IMG/VR virus record: IMGVR_UViG_3300025645_000042
Span: 32,001 to 96,000 of that record
Length of the DNA stretch: 64,000 nt
From: a virus
Strand: one strand, 5' to 3'
In this document: positions 47,790-58,142 of the stretch, piece by piece
How positions within the stretch are numbered: the first letter of the stretch is position 1
Layout of the letters: each line of letters begins with the position of its first letter
Program-made: the position numbers and the translations under genes
The notes under the pieces: generated by a model
What the model was told of the DNA's origin: nothing
What the model saw: only the letters and a program-made list of their open reading frames with translations
Database searches by the model: none

Positions 47790-48888
47790 TTTTAATTTCT
47801 TTTTCTTCTTTTATTTTTAACAATGCTTCAAATTCTGACCTTCTATTAGCAATTAATTGAGTATAAACATCTTCAATTACTTTATTTTGCTTTTCTTCAG
47901 TGTATTGGCCCTTAGAAGAATTTGCACCATCGATTAATCCTTGTGGTACATTATCTTCCAACCATACTCTCATAAATTCTGAGATTAAATTAGGGATTGC
48001 TAATTCATTATTTGTCCAAACACCATTATCTTTTAATTGAATTTGTTGTTGGGTTGAATTTTCAGATTCCATCCATTCAGGAATCATAGTTGGAATTTTA
48101 CCAATTACTGGTGTTTCACATTGAATAGCTTCTAATGGGAAAGTACCGAAACTTGATTCATCATCAACCCAAACTGCTAAACATGATTCACCTAACGTTT
48201 CTGCAAACGTCTTTCTTGGTAAACCCCTAAGCTCTCTAAATGTAATCCATTTATACATTGGGAATTGTAAATAAAAAGACTTAACAATTTTAAGTGCCGT
48301 CTTTTGGTCTCTAGTTAAAATAGAAATAATTGGTTTTTTTATTTTAGTAGTTGGTTTAAAATAATCTGGGATTGATATTGGCACTATGTGTGTATCAATA
48401 TTTGGGAATAAATCTTTAATATAATCCACTTGTTTTTGTGATGTGGTGATAACATCCCTAAAACCAAAACTTAAATCCCATCTATTGCCAATTCCTAATA
48501 ATTCTAAAATATAACTATATGATTGGCACATGACAATTTTCTTAGAATTGAATTCTTTAACTTGTTCCATAACATTAGCAAAAATCTCAGGAATTATAAT
48601 ATAATCAATTGCAGTGAGATTTAGGTTTTGTGCCTCAATTGAAACGTGGGGTAGTTTTGTATATTCCTCCCCTAACCATTCACCAACACCGTGATAATCA
48701 TTTTTCTCATGCATGATATACGCTTTAAATCCTAAATCATTTAAGACCTTAACGTGTTGGTATATGTTTGCTACACCAGCGGTTGCATTACCTTTAGTAT
48801 CTAGTACAAAAAAGTATAGCCCAAAATCTTTATTATCAATTTTCTCTATAAACTCTACTACTTTAACTTGTTTTTCTTTATTTTCCAT
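47779..48888 (-). CDS. GT-B glycosyltransferase
   Basis: GGVxxIYQH-like N-terminus; ESSFGTFPLEAIQCETPVIG donor motif. Confidence 0.75.
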   Translation of the reverse strand: MENKEKQVKVVEFIEKIDNKDFGLYFFVLDTKGNATAGVANIYQHVKVLNDLGFKAYIMHEKNDYHGVGEWLGEEYTKLPHVSIEAQNLNLTAIDYIIIPEIFANVMEQVKEFNSKKIVMCQSYSYILELLGIGNRWDLSFGFRDVITTSQKQVDYIKDLFPNIDTHIVPISIPDYFKPTTKIKKPIISILTRDQKTALKIVKSFYLQFPMYKWITFRELRGLPRKTFAETLGESCLAVWVDDESSFGTFPLEAIQCETPVIGKIPTMIPEWMESENSTQQQIQLKDNGVWTNNELAIPNLISEFMRVWLEDNVPQGLIDGANSSKGQYTEEKQNKVIEDVYTQLIANRRSEFEALLKIKEEKEIKNEQ

Positions 48889-48890
48889 TT

Positions 48891-49259
48891 TTAATCAACT
48901 TTTCTTAATATATTATAAAAAACTAACGTGTTGAATGCTAGTTTAAATCTTAGTGACATTTTTTTTAAATTCCTAGAACCTAATGCACTATCAAAATCCT
49001 CTGAATTAAGTTCAGATGCCTGTCCTAAATCCTCAATAAAATTCCTGATGATTTCAAACTTAACACCGTTAACTTCTAGTTGTTTGATATTATCACTTGT
49101 AATAATTTCTGTTGAAATTACTTTACCTTTAGCGTCTAATGTTTCAGTAACACTTTTTAACTTTTCAATTTTATCTTTACCAATTTTTTTATCTATGATT
49201 AAAAAGTCATCTAATACTTCAAAATCAATATAATATAAATCACCGAATATTTCAATCAT
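48891..49259 (-). CDS. hypothetical protein
   Basis: 122 aa ORF. Confidence 0.7.
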   Translation of the reverse strand: MIEIFGDLYYIDFEVLDDFLIIDKKIGKDKIEKLKSVTETLDAKGKVISTEIITSDNIKQLEVNGVKFEIIRNFIEDLGQASELNSEDFDSALGSRNLKKMSLRFKLAFNTLVFYNILRKVD

Positions 49260-49830
49260 GCTTTATTATTTCATTAAATTTATTTTCGTCTTCTATAAAT
49301 TCCAAGATTGTATCTAATTCAAAATCAGCCTCAATCTTTTTATTATAACTGGCGTTTATTTTAACTGAAATTTTACCTTCAGGTTTACTTTCCAATGCTA
49401 TTGGATTTGCCGTTACCAATAAATCTACATTATCCCACATCTTAGTGGTATCACTCAAGAATTTAATTGAATCACCTGTGAACCCTAACTTTGAAAGAAA
49501 GAATAATGTTGATGGTCTACTCTTATGCGCATCTCGACTTAAAATAATAATCTCATGTTCTTCATAATCATTAATATCTGAAATAAAACGATTAAGTTTC
49601 GGGATAATATTATTGTGTAATTGGTCTGCGTGTGCGAAAATCTCCATAGGAGATTCGCTGTATAAAAATTCATTTAGTTTTTTTTCACTATCGAATTTAA
49701 AGTACTTAACTAAATCAAAATCTTCTATATCTACACCTTCCATGTTCTCACCATAGTATTTTGTGTAGACATATTTTAATTGCCCAATAAAGTCTCTTAT
49801 CACTTCATCTAATGTTATTCCTATTCTCAT
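49252..49830 (-). CDS. HAD-family 5'(3')-deoxyribonucleotidase-like protein
   Basis: IGITLDEVIRD (variant of DxDxV), N-terminal HAD fold pattern. Confidence 0.55.
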   Translation of the reverse strand: MRIGITLDEVIRDFIGQLKYVYTKYYGENMEGVDIEDFDLVKYFKFDSEKKLNEFLYSESPMEIFAHADQLHNNIIPKLNRFISDINDYEEHEIIILSRDAHKSRPSTLFFLSKLGFTGDSIKFLSDTTKMWDNVDLLVTANPIALESKPEGKISVKINASYNKKIEADFELDTILEFIEDENKFNEIIKHD

Positions 49831-49878
49831 AATATAATTTTACATAAATTAAATTTAAAGTAAATAAAAAAGTGAAGA

Positions 49879-50619
49879 TTATTCCTTTTCATTTAAATCA
49901 TCACCTCTTTTATAGTTATTAACGATTTTTGTAATCAAAGGATTACGAACAATATCATTCTCATCAAATTCAAAGAAGCCTATTTCGGAAATATTATTAT
50001 GTCTATTCATAGCATCATATAAACCACTTTGTCGGCTATCACGATATTTATCAGATTGGTCCATATCACCAGAAACAACATACTTAGAATTATACCCAAT
50101 TCTAGTTAATAGCGTTTTCATTTGAGAAGGTGACATGTTTTGTGCCTCTTCCATTAGTAATACTGAATTGTCGATTGATTTCCCTCTTATGAAACCTAAA
50201 GGTTCCACCATTAATTCTTCTGACTCTTCTAATTGAAGTCTATTCTCTTTACCGATAATTTTATCCACTATATCAATAGATGATGCCATATAAGGTGCCA
50301 TCTTTTCTTTTAAATCACCTGGTAAAAATCCTAGATTCTCTTCAGCCTCAATGGCTGGTTTCACGATTAAGATTTTATTATAAGAATTATTTGAGTCTTG
50401 TAGTAATTGTAAAGCTACCGCAATAGCTACATAAGATTTTCCAACGCCAGCTGGACCAGCACAAAAAGTGATTTCTTTTTTTCTAATTAAGTTAGCAAAT
50501 TCTTTTTGTTTAGGGTTTTTACATTTTAAGGATACTTTTCTAGGTAGTATTTGATTTACTGACCTAGTTTTAATCGCAACACTTTTAGTCGTAGTTGCTT
50601 TTTGTTGTCTTTTTGCCAT
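49879..50619 (-). CDS. phoH: PhoH-family ATPase
   Basis: GPAGVGKS, GFLPGDLKEK, RGKSI, EEAQN, LTRIG, GDMDQSD. Confidence 0.95.
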   Translation of the reverse strand: MAKRQQKATTTKSVAIKTRSVNQILPRKVSLKCKNPKQKEFANLIRKKEITFCAGPAGVGKSYVAIAVALQLLQDSNNSYNKILIVKPAIEAEENLGFLPGDLKEKMAPYMASSIDIVDKIIGKENRLQLEESEELMVEPLGFIRGKSIDNSVLLMEEAQNMSPSQMKTLLTRIGYNSKYVVSGDMDQSDKYRDSRQSGLYDAMNRHNNISEIGFFEFDENDIVRNPLITKIVNNYKRGDDLNEKE

Positions 50620-50654
50620 AAAAAAATGTGAGCCTGTTTGATAAGCTCACATTT
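50620..50654 (-). terminator. intrinsic terminator ending at the phoH start codon
   Basis: AAATGTGAGC/GCTCACATTT stem then T7 immediately before ATG. Confidence 0.7.
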
Positions 50655-50682
50655 AATATAATCACAAAAAATAAAAATTAAA

Positions 50683-51717
50683 CTATTTAATCAAATTTTT
50701 AGGTGCTTTATTTTTATATTTTTTTTCTAAATCTTCTAAGCGATAATCTTCCATCATAAATTTACCATTTATAATTGGTGTCGCCATAAATTTTAAAACG
50801 TAGTGTCCATTGAATTCCACCACTTTATGGAAATTTTTAACTTCATAAATATATTCCATTCCATTTGCAGCACCAATTGTTTTATTGGTTATAAACCCCA
50901 CTTTTTCGATGTCTAAAATATCAGATGCCCTAGGATTTTTATTAATTTTCTTAATTTCACTAATTAATAACCTACTTTTCCGATTGAATTCATCTGGGTA
51001 CATCGTGATATAGAACTCTAGTAATTTAGTTTCACCATCTACATCTCTAACAACTAATTTATTACAGTATTGTTCGATTTCAAATTTAGGCCTTATACTT
51101 CTATGTATCATGATATTTTTATCATTCTTCATACTAGCTACCATATCATCAAAACTAAGTTTAGCTAACGTTCTACCATCTTCTTTTCCTATTTCCACTT
51201 CAATATCTTCTCCAAATTCATTAGTTTCATATCTTACATTAATTAAATCAAACATTTCATTAGTTTCATCGAAAGTTTCAATTTCTTCATCGGTATGAAC
51301 TTTTAATTTTTCATTACCAAAAGCCTCTGAAGTTGATTTAACGACCTCATTATTACTAACCACAAGTTCAACTGGATGTGGGTCACCTTTATCAACATTT
51401 ACCTTCCTAAGAATTTGTTTCTCATGTTCAGTAGTTTCAGTTATTGGTAAGTTATCCTCATCATATCCAATGATTTTGGTTTTAAGACTATCCGCAGCAT
51501 TCAATACCTTATACATCCTCCATCTCATTTCCTTAACTTCCATTGTGAGAACACCCTTTAACATGTTATCAGCCATAGAACCTTGTTCCATTGTTTCATT
51601 TGAAGCACCTTCTTTACCTAAAGCGTCTGAGGCTTGATTTAATGATGATTTCTCAACTCTTGATAATGCTAATGAAAGCATTGCCATTTTTCTTTTTAGA
51701 TAAGTTGTTATATCCAT
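50683..51717 (-). CDS. hypothetical protein
   Basis: 344 aa ORF. Confidence 0.75.
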   Translation of the reverse strand: MDITTYLKRKMAMLSLALSRVEKSSLNQASDALGKEGASNETMEQGSMADNMLKGVLTMEVKEMRWRMYKVLNAADSLKTKIIGYDEDNLPITETTEHEKQILRKVNVDKGDPHPVELVVSNNEVVKSTSEAFGNEKLKVHTDEEIETFDETNEMFDLINVRYETNEFGEDIEVEIGKEDGRTLAKLSFDDMVASMKNDKNIMIHRSIRPKFEIEQYCNKLVVRDVDGETKLLEFYITMYPDEFNRKSRLLISEIKKINKNPRASDILDIEKVGFITNKTIGAANGMEYIYEVKNFHKVVEFNGHYVLKFMATPIINGKFMMEDYRLEDLEKKYKNKAPKNLIK

Positions 51718-52385
51718 TTTTCTAATTTATTTAAATCCATTGTAACATTTTCTGGTACATATGGTGGTCTTAACGTTCCTAATATATTAGGTTTAGTTTC
51801 TTTAGCTAAATTCAACATGGTTTTAGCCTTCGTACCAACATTTATTATTCCTATGGCACCTTTATTGATTAATTTAATAATTAACTCAGAAATGACATCC
51901 ACGTAATCTGCATTCGTATAATAATTGCCCCACGCTTTTTCATAGGGAAATGGTTTTGCTTTATGACTACATCTACATATTAAATAATCATTAGAATTTA
52001 ACATAATTAATTCATCTGCCAATACTTTTGAATATGCATACCATGAATTATCACACCTAGGAATATCTTCTTCCTTCGCAAAAAAGTTATTATTAGCATA
52101 TACAAAATCACTTGATATGTGAATCAATTTAATATTGTGTTTATTACAATATTTTATTAAATCTCTAACAAAACGAACATTAACATCCATATGAGTGTCA
52201 CGTTCTTTTGAATAAGAGTCTGTATGTGCGATACAGTTTACTATTACATTATAACCTTTAGAAATTAAATGTAAATTATTTATATCAAAATTACCCCACT
52301 TACGTGAGACAAAATCCCAATCAGTTTGTTTAACCAATTCGGAACCTAATAAACCATCACCTAAAACTAAAACTTTATAATTCAT
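51708..52385 (-). CDS. rfbD: dTDP-4-dehydrorhamnose reductase-like SDR
   Basis: LGDGLLG, NCIAHTD, HISSDFVY, YAYSK. Confidence 0.8.
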   Translation of the reverse strand: MNYKVLVLGDGLLGSELVKQTDWDFVSRKWGNFDINNLHLISKGYNVIVNCIAHTDSYSKERDTHMDVNVRFVRDLIKYCNKHNIKLIHISSDFVYANNNFFAKEEDIPRCDNSWYAYSKVLADELIMLNSNDYLICRCSHKAKPFPYEKAWGNYYTNADYVDVISELIIKLINKGAIGIINVGTKAKTMLNLAKETKPNILGTLRPPYVPENVTMDLNKLEKWI

Positions 52386-53388
52386 TATTAAGTAAAATAT
52401 TACAAATGTATTTAGAAGCTAATCCATCACCATATGGGCAAATACCTTCTTCTATCTCATAATTTTTAATGTGTTCATTGAATGCATCTTTTAATGATGA
52501 ATAATGTGAAATTAAAAAACTGGATAAACCTAAAGCTTCTGGCCTTTCAGTTGTTTCTCTACAAACTAAACATTTTTTATTAAAAAAAGAACACTCTTCT
52601 TGGAGTCCTCCACTATCAGTAATAACTAATTTAGATTTAATTAACAACTTCATTAAATTATCGTGTGGTAAAGGGTTAGTTACCGTTAGATTTGTTAATA
52701 AATGTCTATATTTTTGAACCTTTGGATTTGGGTGAATTGGAATTATAAAACTTAATTCTGGATGTTCCCCAGCTAAGTCATTAATTTCTCTAAACCAATT
52801 CGCAATATTATGATGATTCTCACGCCTATGCATTGTAACTAAAACAATGTTTTCATATTGACATATTTCTTTATAATGTATTAGATTATCTAAAACAGTA
52901 TTACCAACTACAAACACTTTTTTATGTATATTTTCTTTGGCTAAATTAATTTTACTTTGTTCTGTTGGACAAAAATGAATATCAGTTATAGTTGAGACCA
53001 TTCTCCTATTATTTTCTTCAGGAAATGGATTTAACTTATCATAAGTTCTTAAACCAGCTTCTAAATGTATAATTTTAATCTGTCTATTCATTGCTGAAAT
53101 TGCTAACCCAAGAACTGAAGTTGTGTCTCCTTGAACTAGAATGTGAGTTACACCATCAAACACATATTCAGGAATTGATAAACAATTCTTTAAAATAGCA
53201 TTTAATCTATTTTCATCTTCAGATTCAAGCATTCTCCAAACATAATTAGCATTTTTAGGTGCTATATCTTCATGTTGACCAGTGAATAATATTTTATGTG
53301 GAATTAAATTCATTTTCATTTCCTCAATCAATGGTTTAATTTTTATATATTCGGGTCTGGTTCCGTATGTGACTAATATATTCATCAT
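52375..53388 (-). CDS. wecB: UDP-N-acetylglucosamine 2-epimerase
   Basis: GTRPEYIK, VQGDTT, HLEAGLR, PFPEE, HRREN, TDSGGLQEE. Confidence 0.95.
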   Translation of the reverse strand: MMNILVTYGTRPEYIKIKPLIEEMKMNLIPHKILFTGQHEDIAPKNANYVWRMLESEDENRLNAILKNCLSIPEYVFDGVTHILVQGDTTSVLGLAISAMNRQIKIIHLEAGLRTYDKLNPFPEENNRRMVSTITDIHFCPTEQSKINLAKENIHKKVFVVGNTVLDNLIHYKEICQYENIVLVTMHRRENHHNIANWFREINDLAGEHPELSFIIPIHPNPKVQKYRHLLTNLTVTNPLPHDNLMKLLIKSKLVITDSGGLQEECSFFNKKCLVCRETTERPEALGLSSFLISHYSSLKDAFNEHIKNYEIEEGICPYGDGLASKYICNILLNNEL

Positions 53389-54068
53389 TCCACAAATTTT
53401 CTTAAATATTCTACATCCTCATTTGATAATCTTTTCCCTGTGATTTCGGATATGTACCATGTTGGTCTTAATTTACCCCCCACTCTATATAAGTGACCCA
53501 AATCCATCACATGTTTATGTTTTGTCCCAAGTATTATCTTACCATCATTTTTCGCCACATCCCTTAATTCCCATTGCCAAGGACTTAAACCTAATTCAAA
53601 ATGTTTCATAAAATATGATGTTCTCCACATACCATACGAAATAGATAATCTGTAATCGGCATCTTGCCTTGTTTTAATCAAATTATCAGTATAATGACCA
53701 CCTTTATAATAATCTTTACAGTATGGTGTCATTTTAATATTAACCACATCTTTATTTTCATCCATTACTGTTTTAAATTCTTCTATCAAATCTAAATTAA
53801 TCTCATCCAACGTTACTACGTCATCACTACCATATATAAAATATTCATCTTTGAAGTCTTTAAAAAATTTATATATGTCATTGGTAAAAGATTGCGGTCC
53901 TGTATCAACCCCTAAGCTTATAAATTTCCAAGAACCCATATCAAATGTTGGTTGTTTAAAACCGAGTACTGTTACGTCTAAATCTTTACCACCGAATTTA
54001 TCCATGGTAAATTTATTTGCTTGAATTAATTTAAGATATTTATCACAAGTAGGGATTATTATTCTCAT
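53385..54068 (-). CDS. putative glycosyltransferase-like protein
   Basis: IIIPTCD N-terminus, SDD, SPWQWE; inside glycan locus. Confidence 0.5.
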   Translation of the reverse strand: MRIIIPTCDKYLKLIQANKFTMDKFGGKDLDVTVLGFKQPTFDMGSWKFISLGVDTGPQSFTNDIYKFFKDFKDEYFIYGSDDVVTLDEINLDLIEEFKTVMDENKDVVNIKMTPYCKDYYKGGHYTDNLIKTRQDADYRLSISYGMWRTSYFMKHFELGLSPWQWELRDVAKNDGKIILGTKHKHVMDLGHLYRVGGKLRPTWYISEITGKRLSNEDVEYLRKFVE

Positions 54069-55063
54069 TATCTAAGTGATTCTTTTTTATTTAAAATATC
54101 CATCCAATGGTCTACCATTTCATGTAACATCGATTCAAATGTGTATGTCGGTTTCCATCCCAGATTTTCTCTAATTTTTGTAGAATCTCCCTTTAAATAA
54201 GGTAATTCTTCTGGTCTTAAAAATTTAGGGTTTTGAACTACGTAATTTTTATAATCCATATCTAAATAAGAAAAAACAATATCACACATCTCTCTAACCG
54301 AATGGGTTTCCATTGTAGAAACTACATAATCATCTGGTTTTTCAGCATTCATAATCATATGCATTGCCCTAACATAATCTTTAGAATGACCCCAATCCCT
54401 ATATGAATCCATATTACCTAATTCTAATTTGTCTTGTAAACCTAATTTTATTTTACAGGCAGCTTTAACAACTTTATTTGTTACGAAATTACTACCTCTT
54501 CTAGGGGATTCATGATTAAATAGGATACCATTAACTGCATGTAATCCATACGCTCTTCTATAATGTCTAACTATATTATAGCCAAATATTTTAGAGCATC
54601 CATATGGGGATACTGGATTCATTATAGTATTTTCTCTTTGGAACCCGTCATCCTCAACGGTTAAACCAAACATTTCCGAAGATGATGCTTGATAAAATTT
54701 AGCATTAGGGCAAATTCTTTTATAAGCCTCTAATATATTTATAACTCCAACTGCGTTTGTTTGTACAGTAAATTGTGGGATATCAAAACTAACTCTAACA
54801 TGACTTTGAGCAGCAATATTATAAATTTCATCTGGCATAATTTCAGTTAGTAACCTTTCTATAGATGTCTGGTCTAATAAGTCTCCATAATGAGTTTCAA
54901 TTCTAGGGATTGATTCAAACGCCTTAACCAACCTAGCTGATTGATTCTCTGATGTAGAATTTCTTCTAACCATTCCATGAACTTTATAACCCAAAGATAG
55001 TAAGTATTCGCTAAGATAAGAACCATCTTGCCCATTAATGCCTGTTATAAATGCTGTTTTCAT
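54068..55063 (-). CDS. gmd: GDP-mannose 4,6-dehydratase
   Basis: ITGINGQDGSYL, AAQSHV, QASSSE, SPYGCSK, FNHESPRRG, RDWGH. Confidence 0.96.
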   Translation of the reverse strand: MKTAFITGINGQDGSYLSEYLLSLGYKVHGMVRRNSTSENQSARLVKAFESIPRIETHYGDLLDQTSIERLLTEIMPDEIYNIAAQSHVRVSFDIPQFTVQTNAVGVINILEAYKRICPNAKFYQASSSEMFGLTVEDDGFQRENTIMNPVSPYGCSKIFGYNIVRHYRRAYGLHAVNGILFNHESPRRGSNFVTNKVVKAACKIKLGLQDKLELGNMDSYRDWGHSKDYVRAMHMIMNAEKPDDYVVSTMETHSVREMCDIVFSYLDMDYKNYVVQNPKFLRPEELPYLKGDSTKIRENLGWKPTYTFESMLHEMVDHWMDILNKKESLR

Positions 55064-55650
55064 TTTTTAAAAATTTTCATTTCTGTTAAATCTGGCCAAT
55101 CATTAATAACCCATTTTTTGGGTGATGTTCTAATTGCTTCATCTAATTTATTTAATCCATTTTGTGCAGTTTCTGGTGTCATATAATAATGATAACCCAT
55201 AATGTCAATATTTTGCTCCCTCCAAGGAACATCAGGTAATCTACCATCATATGACATTTTTTTAAGAGTTTCGGCAGCTCTTTTATCGTTGGTTAAAATT
55301 ATCCCACCCCTACCTAAACTTAAATGTTTTCTAAATTGAAAGCTTACACACATAAATGTAGAGTCAATATATGAATCTTTTTTCCAAAGTACAGCGGCAT
55401 CAATTATATTTTTAGTTAAATAATAATAATCTTCCCAATTTTCATCTTTCCACGCTAAATCAATATTTAATTTGTTGGCCAAAAAAGGTATCGATATATA
55501 TGTACGTTTTGGTACTTCAATTTTTTCAATTTTTTCATATCTTAAACATAATTCAATTCCATGAGTACAACAATCAACAGCTATAGCATATTTAGAACCG
55601 AAAAATTTAGCTATTTTATTCTCAAAATTTTCAATTACATTAAAACTCAT
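55060..55650 (-). CDS. short DegT/DnrJ/EryC1/StrS PLP aminotransferase
   Basis: AIAVDCCT, IDAA, SFQFRKHLSLGRGG, GYHYYM; 196 aa. Confidence 0.8.
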   Translation of the reverse strand: MSFNVIENFENKIAKFFGSKYAIAVDCCTHGIELCLRYEKIEKIEVPKRTYISIPFLANKLNIDLAWKDENWEDYYYLTKNIIDAAVLWKKDSYIDSTFMCVSFQFRKHLSLGRGGIILTNDKRAAETLKKMSYDGRLPDVPWREQNIDIMGYHYYMTPETAQNGLNKLDEAIRTSPKKWVINDWPDLTEMKIFKK

Positions 55651-56176
55651 AACCTAATTTTTTAGCATTTTCAAGTATAATATCTTTTTCTCTTAATTTT
55701 ACTGGTTTAGCTGGGCTACCCACATAAATTGTCCAAGGTTCAGTATCTTTAGTTAATAAAGAATTTGCTCCTAATACGGAACCTTCAGCCATTCTGACAC
55801 CTGGCATAATAGTACAATTAACTCCACAACCAGCAAATCTTTCTATTGTTATAGTTGAATAGGTGATAACTCTAAGTTCTTTAGGTATTGTTGGTCCAAT
55901 TAATCCTTTGCCAGTAAAATCTTCACTACCACATACTATTTTACTTCCAGCCCCTATAAAACTAAAATCTTCAAGAATTAAGAATGATTCAACACCACCT
56001 ATTATAGTTACATTTGGTGCTATATGGATATAATCTTTCATTTTCATTGAGGTTGAAATTGTTACCCAATTATCAATGGCATTGTGGGACCCTATATCAC
56101 ATTTATGTGGGCGTTTAATTATCGCTGTGTCGTGGATAAAAACATCTTCCCCAATACTTTTATAATCTTTATTCAT
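55640..56176 (-). CDS. hexapeptide-repeat (left-handed beta-helix) acyltransferase
   Basis: IGEDVFI, HIAPNVTI, GCGVNCTIMPGV, GSPAK. Confidence 0.88.
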   Translation of the reverse strand: MNKDYKSIGEDVFIHDTAIIKRPHKCDIGSHNAIDNWVTISTSMKMKDYIHIAPNVTIIGGVESFLILEDFSFIGAGSKIVCGSEDFTGKGLIGPTIPKELRVITYSTITIERFAGCGVNCTIMPGVRMAEGSVLGANSLLTKDTEPWTIYVGSPAKPVKLREKDIILENAKKLGYEF

Positions 56177-57729
56177 TATTTATTTTTTTTAATTAATATC
56201 CCATAATCATAGAAATATAGATAATCGATATTCGTGCCGAGAAAACAATTTATTGCATTTTCAGGTGTTTCAACTATAGGTTCTCTATCATTAAAACTAG
56301 TGTTAAGTAATATTGGAACGTTAGTTTTATTATACCATAGTTTTATAAAATTATAATACCATTTATTATTGTTTTCAGTAACAGTTTGTAATCTACCCGT
56401 ACCATCATAATGACATACTGCGGCAACCTTAGATTTCATCTCATCTTTAAATTTTATTACAAATGACATGTAAGGACTATCAACATCTCTAACAAACCAA
56501 TCCTTAACATATTCTTTAAGAATTGACGGAGCAAATGGTCTAAACCACTGTCTATGCTTAACTTTTTCATTAATGATATCTTTCATAGTTTCACTTCTAG
56601 GGTCTGCCAATATACTTCGATTACCTAAAGCTCTTCTACCAGATTCAGAACCACCACCAAAAACAGAAATTATTTTTTGTTCATTTAAATATTCTATTAC
56701 ATCAGCGTCATTAACATATGATACTTCACACTCATCTTTATGATTATTAATGGCTTCTAATACATCATTTTTACTATATATTTTACCTAAATAGGAACTT
56801 GATTGGTCCTCCCATTTTATTCTAGGGTTATCTAAAATATGATGCCAGACATATCTAGCACTCCCTAAAGATAATCCACCATCATAAGGTACTGGGTCAC
56901 AATATATGTCTTCTATTTCTGGAAACCAATCGAATACTTTACCCATCATAACACAATTAAGGGAAACCCCACCAGAAAAACATAATTTTTTAGGTTTATA
57001 TTTTTCAATAAATGGTATTAAAGTACTACGAACAATATCTTCAGTATATTTTTGTAAAGAAGCTGCAACGTTAAATCTTTCTTGTTCAGATTTATTAGCT
57101 ATATCTCTTAATTTGCTATAATTTTTAGTTTTTATATCTGTAACATATTTTGGTTCACCTAAAGTGGCCATCCCCATCACAGTACCAGCTTGATTACCAA
57201 TAGGGTGTCCTATTGATAACTCAAATATTTTTTCAGTACACTCAACCCATAAACAACCTAAACAAAGACTATACGGTAAAAGTTCTATTGAGGTTACTTT
57301 ATTATCTTTCCCTTCCCAAATAGTAAAAGCTGAAGGTCTAGAATAATCGTCCCATCCACCACCATCTATAGTGATAATTAAAGCTTCGTCAAAATTACTA
57401 GAAAAAAAAGCGTTAGATGCGTGTGATTGATGATGTCCGATTTCATAATATTTTCCACCATTTTTTGCCGCCATAACATTCATTTTATCTTGATATTTTT
57501 GAATACCACAAATACTTTTCCATCTACCGCCACTTCCACCAAAATTACCTAATGTGAAATACTTAATATCACCCATATCTGGATTTTGGTCAAAAAACAT
57601 TTTTAGACCATCACCTAAAGGTTCTTTTAATCTTATAATTCGTTCTAACTCTTCATGTATTAAAGGTACACCATTTTCCAATATTGTATAAGAAACGTCA
57701 TGACCTGATTGAAACCCTACTATTTTCAT
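56176..57729 (-). CDS. NodU/CmcH-family O-carbamoyltransferase
   Basis: HEELER, HHQSHAS, IDGGG, GGVSLN, ESGRRALGNRSILADP, RQWFRPFAP, LNTSFN. Confidence 0.93.
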   Translation of the reverse strand: MKIVGFQSGHDVSYTILENGVPLIHEELERIIRLKEPLGDGLKMFFDQNPDMGDIKYFTLGNFGGSGGRWKSICGIQKYQDKMNVMAAKNGGKYYEIGHHQSHASNAFFSSNFDEALIITIDGGGWDDYSRPSAFTIWEGKDNKVTSIELLPYSLCLGCLWVECTEKIFELSIGHPIGNQAGTVMGMATLGEPKYVTDIKTKNYSKLRDIANKSEQERFNVAASLQKYTEDIVRSTLIPFIEKYKPKKLCFSGGVSLNCVMMGKVFDWFPEIEDIYCDPVPYDGGLSLGSARYVWHHILDNPRIKWEDQSSSYLGKIYSKNDVLEAINNHKDECEVSYVNDADVIEYLNEQKIISVFGGGSESGRRALGNRSILADPRSETMKDIINEKVKHRQWFRPFAPSILKEYVKDWFVRDVDSPYMSFVIKFKDEMKSKVAAVCHYDGTGRLQTVTENNNKWYYNFIKLWYNKTNVPILLNTSFNDREPIVETPENAINCFLGTNIDYLYFYDYGILIKKNK

Positions 57730-58139
57730 TCTATAAATTTTTTATCTAAGTTTTGACCTTCATATGGCCCAGTTTTATATTCATACACAATTGTATCATC
57801 TTCCAATATTTCATAAGTATGACCACCATATAAAGTGAAACTAGCATCTCCCTCACCCAATATAGGGGTTGCTATTATTGTATCGTCAATATCATAAAAT
57901 ATACATTTCACCCTACCTTTAATTACTACCCATGATTCTTGAGCTATTTGTTCTTTATATGTCCTTTCTTTCTTTATATGTTTATGGGGTTTAAATGTAG
58001 TTCCCTTTTCCATTCTAAGTGTTGCACATTGAATGAATTCTTTATCATCTACAATATTAGTTCTACCCTCTATTTCAGGTTTACGAACTACCATATGTAA
58101 TAATAATTCTGGTTTTATTTTAGAATATATTTTCTCCAT
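57726..58139 (-). CDS. cupin-fold protein (WbuC-like)
   Basis: PHKH...QESWVVIKG...GGHTYE. Confidence 0.8.
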   Translation of the reverse strand: MEKIYSKIKPELLLHMVVRKPEIEGRTNIVDDKEFIQCATLRMEKGTTFKPHKHIKKERTYKEQIAQESWVVIKGRVKCIFYDIDDTIIATPILGEGDASFTLYGGHTYEILEDDTIVYEYKTGPYEGQNLDKKFIE

Positions 58140-58142
58140 TTT

